A DNA stretch of 64,000 nt from Mantamonas sphyraenae STR306. Its lineage: Eukaryota > Protista > CRuMs. How positions within the stretch are numbered: position 1 is the stretch's first letter; every line of letters starts with the position of its first letter. The notes beneath the pieces are model-generated. The model made no database searches and had not been told where the DNA came from. It worked only from the letters and a program-made list of their open reading frames with translations. This document shows positions 19,831 through 30,771 of the stretch, piece after piece. Location: assembly GCA_026936335.1 (NCBI GenBank), contig JAPMXV010000043.1:1-64000 (forward strand). The letters run 5' to 3'. The position numbers and the translations under genes were made by a program.

Positions 19831-21605
19831 ATGAGTGGGCGCAAGCGCAAAAACGAGGAGGATTTGGATGGCGACTACCTAGCCAACAGTATTAGCGAGT
19901 CTGCAGACTCGCTAATCGACGACGACGAGTGGAATCCAAGTGGGGCCGACGGCAAACGCAAGCGGCGCAAGTCGAGCTCAAGCAGCAAAGGAGACGCCAG
20001 CACGTCCAGCGCAAGCACAAACGGCACGTCGGTAGCCCGGGTCAAGCCCAATGCCAACGGCGAGTACGTGTGCGACGTGTGCAACGAAAAGTTTGCCCGG
20101 AAGCGCCAATTGCAAGATCACCTCACCCTGCACACGGGCGAGCTGCCCTACGAGTGCCGCACCTGCGGCAAGCGCTATCGCGTATGGCGCTCCTGGTTTG
20201 ACCACGAACAAACACACACCAAGCCGTTCCACTGTGACGAGTGTCCCAAGCAGTTTGCACAACAGTCGCAGCTCAAACGTCACAAGCTGACACACAGTGA
20301 CGTCAAGCCGTACCCGTGTCGCTTCCCCAACTGCACCAAGGAGTACCGTGACAAGCGCACCCTGGTCAACCACATGCGCAAGAAGCACCCGGACTGGAAT
20401 GACTCCAAGCTCAATCTCCTGCACCCGAACAACCCGAACCCGGGCAAAATGCCCTCCTACAAAACAAGCAGCAAAAAGAGGAGTGGCAAGAGCACGGCTG
20501 CGCGGAAGAAAACTACCGATTCGGGCGGCAAGGCGGCCAAGGGCGGGAAAAAGTCGGGAGGGAAGAAAGACCTTGACGATGCTGACATCCTGGACGACCT
20601 TGAACGCCCCACCATCGAGCGTGGCTCCCTCATCACGGACTCCCTCGGCATCCCTCGCCACAGGCAGCAAATTCGTTCGCGCGAGCCCAGCGCTGGTTCT
20701 GCCTACAGTGGCGAGGACCACGGCGAGCCGCTTCCTCTGCTCAATATGTCCACCGAGGAACTGGAGCGAAAACTGTTCAGCAGCATGCCCCTGGGCAGCG
20801 GCGACGCAGTGGGCATCAATCTCGGAGCTTCTGCCACAGGTCTCCTTGCACAGGGACGTGTGGTGAGCGCCTCCGCGTCCTCGACAGGTTCGGCAGCAAA
20901 CTCGAGTGGCGCGCACGCCTCTTCCTCGACCTCGGCCACCCTCAGCACCCGCCAATCCATCACTCACCTGCACGAGCGTTCCCTCTCCGAGCGCACCACC
21001 TCCTCCACCAGTGTCGGCTCATTCAAGCACTATCTGCCCAGCACTGCTGCCGGCGTTGATGCCATGGCCTTGGACGCCCTCGAGTCTGTCAACTCCAACA
21101 ACCACACAAGCGCCAACTCCTCCTCTTCGTCCACCTCCATGTCCGCAGACTCGGACATGCTGGAGCACAGCAACACAGAGACCCTCCTTGCGCACACCAC
21201 TGCCGGCCAGCAAGCGCCGGCCAGAACTGCCTTTCTTTTCAACGGCTCCAGCAGCGGCAGCGGCGATGCCGCCAACGATGACCTTGCACAAATCGACGGT
21301 ATGTAATCATTCCACGCGTCGCGCACATGCCAACCCCCCATGCACACCTCTGCTCACAAACCGATGACGCGCCTCGCCTCCCTTTTTGCACAGTTTCACC
21401 CCTGGGCGACCACACAGTCTCGGACGAGTTCCTTCAGCCTGCATTCCGCTTGGACAGGGGCTCCATGGCACACTGTCTCTACTGCGGTCTGCTGTATACA
21501 ACCGACAACAACGACACAGCCTTTTGCTCTCTCGCGTGCCAGCTCAATGCAGTCACCAGTGAAGTGGACATGGGCGCCTTTGACGGCTCTTTGTTTTCCG
21601 TATGA
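19831..21605 (+). CDS. C2H2 zinc-finger transcription factor with a C-terminal CxxC...FCSxxC module; intron 21299-21393
   Basis: Four C2H2 fingers with HTGELPY-type linkers; GTATGT...TTTTGCACAG intron joins the CLYC...FCSLAC exon in frame. Confidence 0.88.
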
Positions 21606-21711
21606 CCTTGGCTGGGCAGTTGCGGTCTGCATTTGCATTCGTCGCTGCTGACAAGGAAACATCAACCATGAAAAGAAACGCGCTTCTCCTCATTTCCCTC
21701 CCTCCCGTCCC

Positions 21712-23033
21712 TCACCGAAAGTCCACAACGGCCAGATGGTCGACGTCATACGACGCAATAACCAGCTTGTCGCTCCCCTCACCCGCAAACTGCACCCCCT
21801 GCACAAAGCCGTCCTCGGCGGTGGTTTGAAAAACCAGGTCGATGTTGCCCTCGCGAGGATACGACCACACGTACACCAAGCCGTCCTGGCCGGCCGAAGC
21901 AAACAGGTCGTCGGTCGGGTGCTCGGCCAACGCAGACACGCAGCGAGCGTGCGCCGCAATCTCGGCCACCTGCCGCTGGTCCGTCAGGTCAAACAGCACC
22001 ACGTGGCCCGACGCATACCCCACCACCAGCATGTCTTCGCGCACAATCATCGATGTCGCCACGTCACCCTGTTTGTATGTAAAGTCTGCCACCAGCATGT
22101 TGTTTGCGCTCACATTGACCGCACACACACGCCCGTCTGCATCCGCCACCGCCAGTACACTGCCGGCCCCTGCCAATGCCATGACGCTGCCTTCACACAC
22201 ACTCACGCTGTCCACTGCCTCAATCGTAGCTCCGTTGCTTCCCAACACCGTCTCCTTATCAAACAGTAGTACCTTGCCCGTCCCCGTGCCTACGTTTTGG
22301 TTGCCGTTTGTCAGCCTCAAAATGTTTGCCCGCGCCTCTCCCCACCTCACCTCACCTGGTCCACTGCCATGGGCTGCCATGCCCATGGCTTTGCCACCAA
22401 CAGTGTACCTACACCCGCTTCCGTCACAACTTACCCAGGGCCACCATCTCCTTGTCGTTGGCGTTGGTCACTTGCGCGATGCCCAGAAACGGACTTGGCG
22501 TTCCGCTGCTCCCCTCCTCTGCACGCGCGGAAAAGTGAGTGTCCCGTTCCATCTGTGCTGCCCAACCCAAATACCGCTGTCCTCCCTTCCTCTCCCATTC
22601 CTTCCTCCTTCCCCAGGTGCCCCTTCACTCACCCTTGCTCTCCACCTCAGCGACGCGTGCCAAGCCGCCCTTGCCCGCAGCAAACATCTGCGCCCCTTCC
22701 ACGTTGGTAGCCACCAGCAGATCGTCCCCACACCACCGAACCTGCGTTACATCCATAGCGTTGCGCACAGGAGCTCGCTGCGTTACAGGCGCTTTGCCAG
22801 AGTCCACCGCTGCGCCGTTCAGCAAATCCGCCCTGTGTGAGCGCGCCAACCTCTAATTTTTCCTCCAAACACTTCCCACCTTGACCCACACACTTACCAG
22901 ACTCACCCACCAGGTGCACCTCGTACCTGTGGAAGTAAGCCATCTGCTCGCCATTGTTACTCAGCTGATTGAACCCTGCTGAGATGCTGTTCTTCAGCGG
23001 CAGCAAGGTGGCCGACGAGGAGTTGCTGGACAT
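21712..23033 (-). CDS. WDR54: WD40 protein, WDR54-like; introns ~22833-22926, 22519-22632, 22290-22434
   Basis: [54 protein letters not shown] and VIASYD resemble WDR54; GT-AG introns give a continuous frame (first donor uncertain). Confidence 0.7.
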
Positions 23034-23210
23034 GGCCGCTTGCGAAAGAACCCTTGCATCACCGTGCGCACCGTCCCTGGCGCCTTGGATCACACATGCC
23101 CAGACGCACACACGGACACACGGACACACACACACTCTCACTCTCTCTCTCTCTCTCTCTTTCTCCATCAGAGCGTCCCGCGCCCCGCCCCGCCCAGCGA
23201 AACAAAAGCC

Positions 23211-23933
23211 ATGGAGATTGAGTACGCGCTTCCCCTTGTTTCCACCCCACACCTTGTGCCACCCGCTTGCGCCTCCCTGTCCTCGCCACAGCCACATCCG
23301 CCGACGACCGCGAGCCCCGAGAGTCACTCCCCCGCCCCTCATTTCCCGACCGACTCTTCGTCTTCCTTCCACTCACACTGCCTCCTTCGCTCGTCCCCAC
23401 GCACACACAGGGCCGCCAGTGAGGTTGCCCACTACGAAGTGGATGTGGAGGAACAGGTATGTGGCCTGTTTGGCCCGGCCTGTGTGCCGCCAGGCCTCGA
23501 GCATGCGCGCACGTCTGGACCCGTCCGCACCACACCAGCTGACACCCAGCACATACACACACACACCACACACACACACCACACACACACTATGCAGGAA
23601 CATGAAAGCGCAGGGGTCGACGAGATGGGCGACGGCATCGACGAGGCCGAGCTCGTTGGCAGCAGCAGCTCGGACGACGCCAACGCGGACAGCCAGGAAA
23701 CAAACCACCTCACCACAGACTTTCTTACAAAGTACGAGCGCGCACGCATCCTTGGTACTCGCGCCCTCCAGATTTCCATGGGTGCCCCCATCATGGTCGA
23801 AACAGAGGGAGAGACAGACCCGCTGCAGATTGCCCTCCGCGAGCTGCGTGAGCAAAAGATCCCGCTCACAGTCCGCCGCTACTTGCCCGACGGTTCTTAC
23901 GAAGACAGGAGCGTCAACAGTCTTATCCAATAA
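23211..23933 (+). CDS. RPB6: RNA polymerase I/II/III shared subunit RPB6; introns 23222-23410 and 23457-23597
   Basis: [26 protein letters not shown]...[32 protein letters not shown]. Confidence 0.97.
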   Translation: MEIEYALPLVSTPHLVPPACASLSSPQPHPPTTASPESHSPAPHFPTDSSSSFHSHCLLRSSPRTHRAASEVAHYEVDVEEQVCGLFGPACVPPGLEHARTSGPVRTTPADTQHIHTHTTHTHHTHTMQEHESAGVDEMGDGIDEAELVGSSSSDDANADSQETNHLTTDFLTKYERARILGTRALQISMGAPIMVETEGETDPLQIALRELREQKIPLTVRRYLPDGSYEDRSVNSLIQ

Positions 23934-23955
23934 TACCTCATCATCAGGGGCTGCT

Positions 23956-25866
23956 TCATTTCCCTTGTTCCTCGGCTTCCTTGCCCCCGGCCTCCCCCGA
24001 GTACGAAAACGAGCTCAACGGGTCCTCCTTCTTCTTTGTCTTGCTGCGGTCTGCCTTGAAACCCTTCTTGCCCCTGTACAGCTTCTTTGCGGCTGCCTTC
24101 TTCTTCGCCTCGATTGCCTTGGCCACCCGCTTGTCCTTCTTTGCCTCGCTCAACAAATAGCTCGGCACGTCGCTCATACTCTTGCGATTCCGCGTCACAT
24201 GCACTGCCTTTTTGTGTTCCAGCGCACTCTTGTCAAATGGATTCTCTTCAAAGTGCGCCTGCAGCGCTTCCGAGTTCAGGATCTCCCGCTCCAGCTCCGC
24301 CAGACGCAGCTTCTTGATCCGCTTCTTTGTCAGCGTCCCATATGCGTCCTGCGACCGGTACGCAAACTTTTCCAGCAGCTTCTTGTTCACTGGGAACGGT
24401 CGCAGCAGTTGGTCATCCTGAAGCGCTGCCGCCTCTTCCTGGCCCGCCGTCTGCTCCGCACGTTTGCGAAGGTACGAGCGGATCGTCTTGAGCACCTTGC
24501 CATGCGCCGCGTTCTTCTTGTCAAAGAACGTCAGAGCATTGCCCGAGCGCCCTGCACGTGCCGTGCGTCCCACACGATGCACATACGACTGCAGCGAGCG
24601 CGGAAGATCCAGGTTGATCACCGTGTCCACCGCTTTAAAGTCAATGCCACGGCTCACGTTGTACTCTTGCAGCGACACACGCGATCTCTTGCTGCCTTTG
24701 CTGCTCTTCTGTGTCACCTTTTTGCGTTTCTTGCTGCCTCGGCTCGCCTCGGCCTCTTCGTCCACCTCGCTCTCGCTGTCCTCCTCCTCCTCTTCCTCGC
24801 TGTCCTCTTCCTCCTCTTCCTCCTCTTCTTCGTCAAAGCGCCGCTCGTCTTCATCATCGCCGGGGTCGTCTGCAATGAGAACGTCAAACACGCCCTTGTT
24901 GAACTGTTGGATGGCGTGGTAGCGGCTGTTCTGCGGAAGCTCCGAGTTCAGCACGGCTGCGTCCATGCCAAAGTCCTGCAGGTAGAGCTTGAGCGCATAG
25001 CACGTGTCCACCTTGTTGGCGAAAATGAGCGTCTTCCCCTGGAGCACGGCCAGCTTGAGGTGCACGGCGAGGAAGCGGAACTTGGGCTCGCCCTGCATGC
25101 CCAGCGCAAAGTGCCGCAGCTGCCCTTGCAGCGGATCTTCTTGAGCCTGGTTGAGCTTCAGCACCACAGGCTTGTTCAGCACCAACCGCTTGAGGTTTTC
25201 CACGTCGCCGTTCATCGTGGCTGACATGAGCAGCGACTGCGCATGTGCTCGCTTGTGCTTCAGGATGGCCCGCACATCGTCGTTGTACCCAAACGACAGG
25301 ATGAGATCTGCCTCGTCGATAACCAACACCTTGAGGTGGTCCAGGGTGATGCTGCCCTCCTGCAGGTGCTTCAGCAGCTGCGCGGGCGTGGCGACAACCA
25401 CGTCCGGCGAGTCCGCCAATTGCCGCTGCTGGGCGCTGTGCTTCGTGTCCTTGGTCAGCACCACACACGACACCACGTTGTTGCAGTATGTACACAGCTT
25501 GACGACGTTGTCCCGCACCTGTGCCGCCAACTCGTGCGAAGGAACAAGCACAAGTGCAAGGCAGCCCGAGATTTGCCCGTCCGCCTCCTCCTCCTCTTTG
25601 CTTTCCAGCACACGCTGCATCATCGGAATGGCGTATGCTGCCGTCTTGCCTGATCCTGTGCGTGCTCGTGCAAGGATGTCCTGGCCCTGCAGCGCCGCTT
25701 CCATGCATGTTGATTGGATCAACGTCGGCCGCGTGAACCGCAGACTCGCTGCAATTGCCTTGAGTAGCCTCTGGTCCAGGTTAAAGTCGCTGAACGATTT
25801 GCTTTTGTCCACTTCATGCGTCTGCTTCGCCTTTGAGGACGACGACGACGACGACAAAGAAGACAT
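23956..25866 (-). CDS. DDX56: DEAD-box RNA helicase DDX56/DBP9
   Basis: ARTGSGKTAAY, DEADLILSFGY, SAT, EYNVSRGIDF, HRVGRTARAG, LNSEALQAHFEENP. Confidence 0.95.
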   Translation of the reverse strand: MSSLSSSSSSSKAKQTHEVDKSKSFSDFNLDQRLLKAIAASLRFTRPTLIQSTCMEAALQGQDILARARTGSGKTAAYAIPMMQRVLESKEEEEADGQISGCLALVLVPSHELAAQVRDNVVKLCTYCNNVVSCVVLTKDTKHSAQQRQLADSPDVVVATPAQLLKHLQEGSITLDHLKVLVIDEADLILSFGYNDDVRAILKHKRAHAQSLLMSATMNGDVENLKRLVLNKPVVLKLNQAQEDPLQGQLRHFALGMQGEPKFRFLAVHLKLAVLQGKTLIFANKVDTCYALKLYLQDFGMDAAVLNSELPQNSRYHAIQQFNKGVFDVLIADDPGDDEDERRFDEEEEEEEEEDSEEEEEEDSESEVDEEAEASRGSKKRKKVTQKSSKGSKRSRVSLQEYNVSRGIDFKAVDTVINLDLPRSLQSYVHRVGRTARAGRSGNALTFFDKKNAAHGKVLKTIRSYLRKRAEQTAGQEEAAALQDDQLLRPFPVNKKLLEKFAYRSQDAYGTLTKKRIKKLRLAELEREILNSEALQAHFEENPFDKSALEHKKAVHVTRNRKSMSDVPSYLLSEAKKDKRVAKAIEAKKKAAAKKLYRGKKGFKADRSKTKKKEDPLSSFSYSGEAGGKEAEEQGK

Positions 25867-25948
25867 GCCCACCGGTGTTCTCGAAAACTCACGCTGGCTC
25901 CATTGCCGCGACTCCTCCAAAATACATTCCACAGAGGTTTACACCCAC

Positions 25949-27294
25949 TCACTCGTCTGGCCATTCCACGTGGAATCCCAAGTCCTCAAACATCAGCTTG
26001 CCGACCGAGTCTATCTCCTGCACGAGCCACGCAAACTTGGCCGAACTCATCGACTGCACATACACGCAGTAGTCGTCGACAAACACGCGATTGAGGATGT
26101 ACCTCTGGTCGCTCTCGGCAAACAGCCGGCGTATGCACAGCAAGGCTTTGAGAATGACACGCCGTCCCGAGTTCAGCAGCGTGCGTGCATCTACGACACA
26201 GGCTCGGGTCAGCTCTAGGCTTCGGTACAGGGGATAGGCCACTGACCGGCGATGAAAAGCCACCAATACGTCCTTCACGCTGTCCATGTCTGTGTCCAGC
26301 CAGCTGAGCATGGGTGAGAGCATCGCAATGGTCCAGTTGCTTTCCACTGTATGCTCGCCGTATGTGCTGCGTTTGTCGTACGCATACGCCAGTAGCAGGT
26401 CCAACAGACCCAGCGTCACCTGTTTCTTATGTTCAATCAGTGGCATATGCCTGTCCCCAAGCTTGATCAGCGCCTGGCGTTCGTCCTCGTCAAAAGCGTC
26501 TTTTGACGGCCACTGCAGCTTCTGCCGCACCAGTTCGTCAATCTCCTCGTTGGCGTGTGTATCGTACATGTAATACTCAATGTCAAACTTGTCCTGTTCG
26601 GCCTCCTCGCGCTTCTCGGAGCGCTCAGCCCGTGTGTACGTCTCCGGTGCGTCGTTCTCAATACACAAGGAGAACACAGAGCCCAACTGGCCAAAGATGC
26701 CACTCTTGGACTCGTCAAACCCGTAGGACACGGATCCGTCGAGCACTTTGTCCAGCTGCACACCACCCAGGGGCTCGTCCTGCTCCAGCTCCCAGTCCAA
26801 GGCGCTTGCTCGTTCCACGTCTTCCTGGGTGATTTCTCCGTCTGCCCCTCCAGTGGCCAGCTCCTCCACAAGCATGCTCTTCCCTAAAGACCCCGACGAC
26901 GTGCTAAAGAGCCCGCCCACTGCGCCACCGGCACTGCTGTTGCTGTTGCTGCTGCTGCTGCTTGTGCTGCTTGTGCTGCTACCCGACTCGTTGCCGCCAC
27001 GTGCAAGCAGCCGCGACGTCAGCGTAAGGTCGCCAAAGTCTTGGCCTGCATTGAGCTTGGTGCAGGTAAAGGTGACGACGTTTGTCTCGTCGTCCTTGCT
27101 GACGCGGATTGTGTCGTCGCCTCGAGGAGCGGATGACCAAAGCGCAGGCGCAGGAAGTACGGCGTCAAGTGAAGCATGAACTTATCCTGGAGCACATAGT
27201 AGTCGAGGGCGCCGAGGTCAACGTACGGCAGGCGCACGGCGATGCTGACGTGCTCTTCACTCTGGGACACCTCGAAATCCGGCGTGATGGTCAT
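25949..27294 (-). CDS. SHQ1: H/ACA snoRNP assembly factor SHQ1 (apparent 1-nt frameshift near 27120)
   Basis: MTITPDFEVSQ...PYFLRLRF CS domain; GLLDLLLAYAYDKRSTYGEHTVESNWTIAMLSPMLSWL; RRSVAYPLYRS; YILNRVFVDDYCVYVQ. Confidence 0.92.
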
Positions 27295-27348
27295 TGCGCT
27301 GCCGTGTTGCGCGTGCATCCAAAAGACAACAGTTGTCCCGCAGAGAGG

Positions 27349-29348
27349 ATGAACATTAGGCAGCTGCTGGCGGTGCAGACGTTGCAGCATTGCCAGGTGT
27401 GGGCAATCACGTCGTCAAACACGGTGGAGATTTACACGCCCAAGGCGGAGCTGGCTCAGACGCTTCAGCCCGCACGCAAACTGACAGTGGGACGGGCAGA
27501 AACGGCGGACGACTTGGGTTCGCTCACGTGCATGTGTCGCGTGATAACAAGCAGCGACACGTTGGTGTACTGCGGCACAGACGCAGGGTACGTGCGTGTG
27601 TTTTCGGCTAGAGACCTCAGCGAGGTGACGACGTTTCGCGTGGTGGCAGACACAAAGATCACATGCATGGAGGCAGTGATTGTAGAGACACGTGCTGGCC
27701 AAGGACGCAGAGGCAGCTCGAGCGGAGAGTCGGGGCGGGTACGAACAACAAGAGGCGACAATGACGAGGGCCAACGGGAAGGGCAAACTCAGAGGCAAGT
27801 AAGGCTGTGGGTGGGCGCCGAGGACAACCAGCTGTATGTGTGGGACACAGCGCAAGGCCAGCTGCTCAAAACACTTGCGGCACACACAAACTCAGTTCGC
27901 TGTGTGCTGTTTGTGGGGCGCGGCGAGACCAACGGCAGGCAGGTGGTCTGGTCGGGCGGCGACGACGGACGGATGCTGATGTGGGACGCAGCCACACACC
28001 GCTGCCTGCGAATCGTCGACGGACACACAGCCGGGGTGACGGCTCTCGTGCATGTGGCGGCGCACGGCCAGGTGTGGTCGGCGTCCTGTGACAAGACGGT
28101 CCACAGCTGGGAAGCGCAAATCTGGCGATGCTGTGTTTGAAATGAGTGGTCACACAGGCTGGGTCAATTGCTTGGCTGTGGATGCGGACGGAGAGCGTGT
28201 GTGGAGTGGCTCGTCGGACCGAACAGTACGTGTGTGGGCGTGCAAGGACGGACGAGAGCTGGCCGTCCTCGACAAACACGCACGCATGGTGTGGTGCTTG
28301 TTGGCCATGGACACGCGCGTTTGGATAGTTTATGCAGACAAGCACATCGAGCGTGTGGCATCCGTGGACATTGAAGAGAGCAGCTCGTCGTCCTCGTCAT
28401 CAACCGCAAACAGCATGAGCGTGAGCACTCCGCAGCCACAACGTACCCCTGCGCCAAAGAGTGGCTACAAAGACCATACACAGACAGACGGTGCGATGAC
28501 GCTCAGCTGGCAGCAGGGCAACAGCTCGCGACTGCTGTCGCCGAGCGCACACTGGGACGCCGTGCGTCGGAAAATCCGAGCGTCGGGCGGTGTACATACG
28601 CCACACAGCAACCACCAGGGACACATGAGCATGTCCGAGGCGGCGCGCGCCATTATGGGAAGCACCAGCACCGATACCAAAGAGCAGCCGCCTGCAAAAC
28701 GACAAGTATCGTTCCGGGAAGCAGCGCAGCGTGTTGTGAAGCAAGGACAAGAGGGCAACGGAGGACAAGCAGGACATGGGACACACATGGCAGATGCGGC
28801 CCACGAACTGATGCGCAAGAACGCTCAGCTGCGGAGCAAGATGAAGGAGTACGAGCGAAAGCATGCTGAGGAAGAGCTGGGCAGGGAGGAGATGCACGAA
28901 TGGGTAGAAACCCTGCAAAGCACGGTGAAGAGCATGCAGGAGAAATACGACGAGACCGTGGGTGGGCTGACGCGCGAGCTGATTGAGGAATCTACAAAAC
29001 GGCTGGAACTGGAGCACGAGGTGTCCGGTGACACAGCAACGCTGGTTGCACAGCTGAAAGCCGAAAAGAGGCGACTGGAGGAGTTGATCAAGGAGCAGAA
29101 GACGCAGCTGGCAGAGCGCGAGTCGCAGCTCAGCAGCACGCAGGAGCTGGTCGAAGACGAACGCAAACTCAAGCTCGAATGGCAGGCCAAGAGCAATGCG
29201 GCTCATCAAGAGGCCGAAGTTGCCAAGCAGGAGCTGGAGCACGCTCGCAAAGAGCTTGAGACAGCTCGCGAGGAGGCGCGTGTGGCCGCAAAGCAGGTGG
29301 AGCTGGCCCAGGCCGAGATCCATCGGCTCCAGCAAGAGCACGAACAGC

Positions 29349-29391
<43 letters not shown>

Positions 29392-30525
29392 CACAGCGTC
29401 TCATTTCAAACCACCACCAGCAACACAACGATGAACGAGCATGAAACGAGACAGGCTCAACCGCAGCCGATGACGCCAAGTAGGCAGGCGATCGAGCAGG
29501 TTGCGCATATGGACTGGTTGCTTGCACAGGGTTCGCCAGGATGGACAGGTAGCAGCGTTGCCTCGGGGATAGACGAGGAGCTGAAGAAGCGACTGATGGC
29601 GCAGAGCAAACGGGCAGCACAGCGGATCAGTGACCTGCAGGAGGAGCTGCAGGATGTGCAAGAGCGCAACGAGGAACTGGAAAGCAAGATGAGCAAGTAC
29701 CGAGGGCGAGTGGCTCGGTTGCAGGTTGTGCAGCAGACACACCAGGAGATGCTGCCGCGGTTGCGCACGGCCGAAGCAGAACTGGAGCGCGCACGCAGGG
29801 ATGTAAGCGAGCACAAGCACATTCAAATGCATCTGCAGAGCAAAGTGGACATGCTGGAGGCGACAGTTGCGCGCGAGGCAGTGGAGCGCGAGTCGTTGGA
29901 GAACGAGCGGCGTGCGGCGCTGCGTGAGTTGGACAGCGCACAACGCGGCAGTGCAACCGAAGTGGGCGAAGTGAAGAAACAGCACCAGGCTGAGCTGGAC
30001 GAACTGAAGAAGCAACACCGTGGGGAGCTGGAACGGCTGCATAGTCAGCTTCTGGACAACGAGGCGGCGCTACGCAGGCAGCTCGATCAGAGCAACATGG
30101 GCGAGCAGGTGGCCACATTGCAAAACCAAAACATGCAGAACCAAATCGGCAGTCTGCAGGCACAGGTGGCCGAGCTGGAGGAGGCTTTGGAGGCCATGGA
30201 AGACGAGCGGAACGCCCTACATCAACAGTTGGCCCTTCACCACATCCGCGAAAAGCACCAAAGCAACCTGGTGGCCCAGCTGCAGGGGCAATTGGAAGAA
30301 AAGTGGCAGCTGGAAGCCAAGGTCGAGTCGCTCAAGTCGCGTGTGGCCTCTGAAACAGCGCTGAACACGGCCTCGCCTCCGCCGCGCCAGCACCAGCACA
30401 GCCAGCGTATGCCGTTCCAGTCACTCGCCAAGCATGCACACAACTTTGACGCCGACATGGACGAGGTCAACTCCGCGCTAGCACGGCAAGAGGCGACGCT
30501 ACGGAAACTGGATGCAACTCGCTGA
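27349..30525 (+). CDS. WD40 beta-propeller plus long coiled-coil protein (apparent frameshifts near 28118 and 29395; the last segment could be a separate gene from ATG 29431)
   Basis: Repeats such as VWSGGDDGRMLMWD, GHTAGVTAL, VWSASCDKTVHSW, SGHTGWVNCL and VWSGSSDRTVRVW span two ORFs; followed by E/Q/K-rich heptads. Confidence 0.75.
29348..29389 (+). repeat. (CAA)n microsatellite encoding poly-Gln
   Basis: Pure CAA run in the coding frame. Confidence 0.95.
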
Positions 30526-30771
30526 ATTTGGCGGAAATGCGCGTTTCTCCATTGTTTGGCAACATTCTCACGGCTCACTTGCCCCCATTAGCAAATGGAG
30601 CCTCGACCGCCCTCCGTTCCGTCCAGCATGTTGAGATGTGTTTGTGTCTGCGCGACGCGACGTGAGTGCGACCCCGTCCGGGATTCTCTGGACCGGTGCG
30701 CATGCAGGTCACGCGTGCAGACGTTGGTTTTTGGTTGTTGATTGGTATGGTGAGTGGGTTCGATGAGCGCT

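Noticed and set aside
22826-22930. Possible extra frameshift at WDR54-like intron 1
   Set aside because: The strong GTGAGT/GTAAGT donors are out of phase, but the GTACGA donor at 22926 gives a continuous frame without any indel
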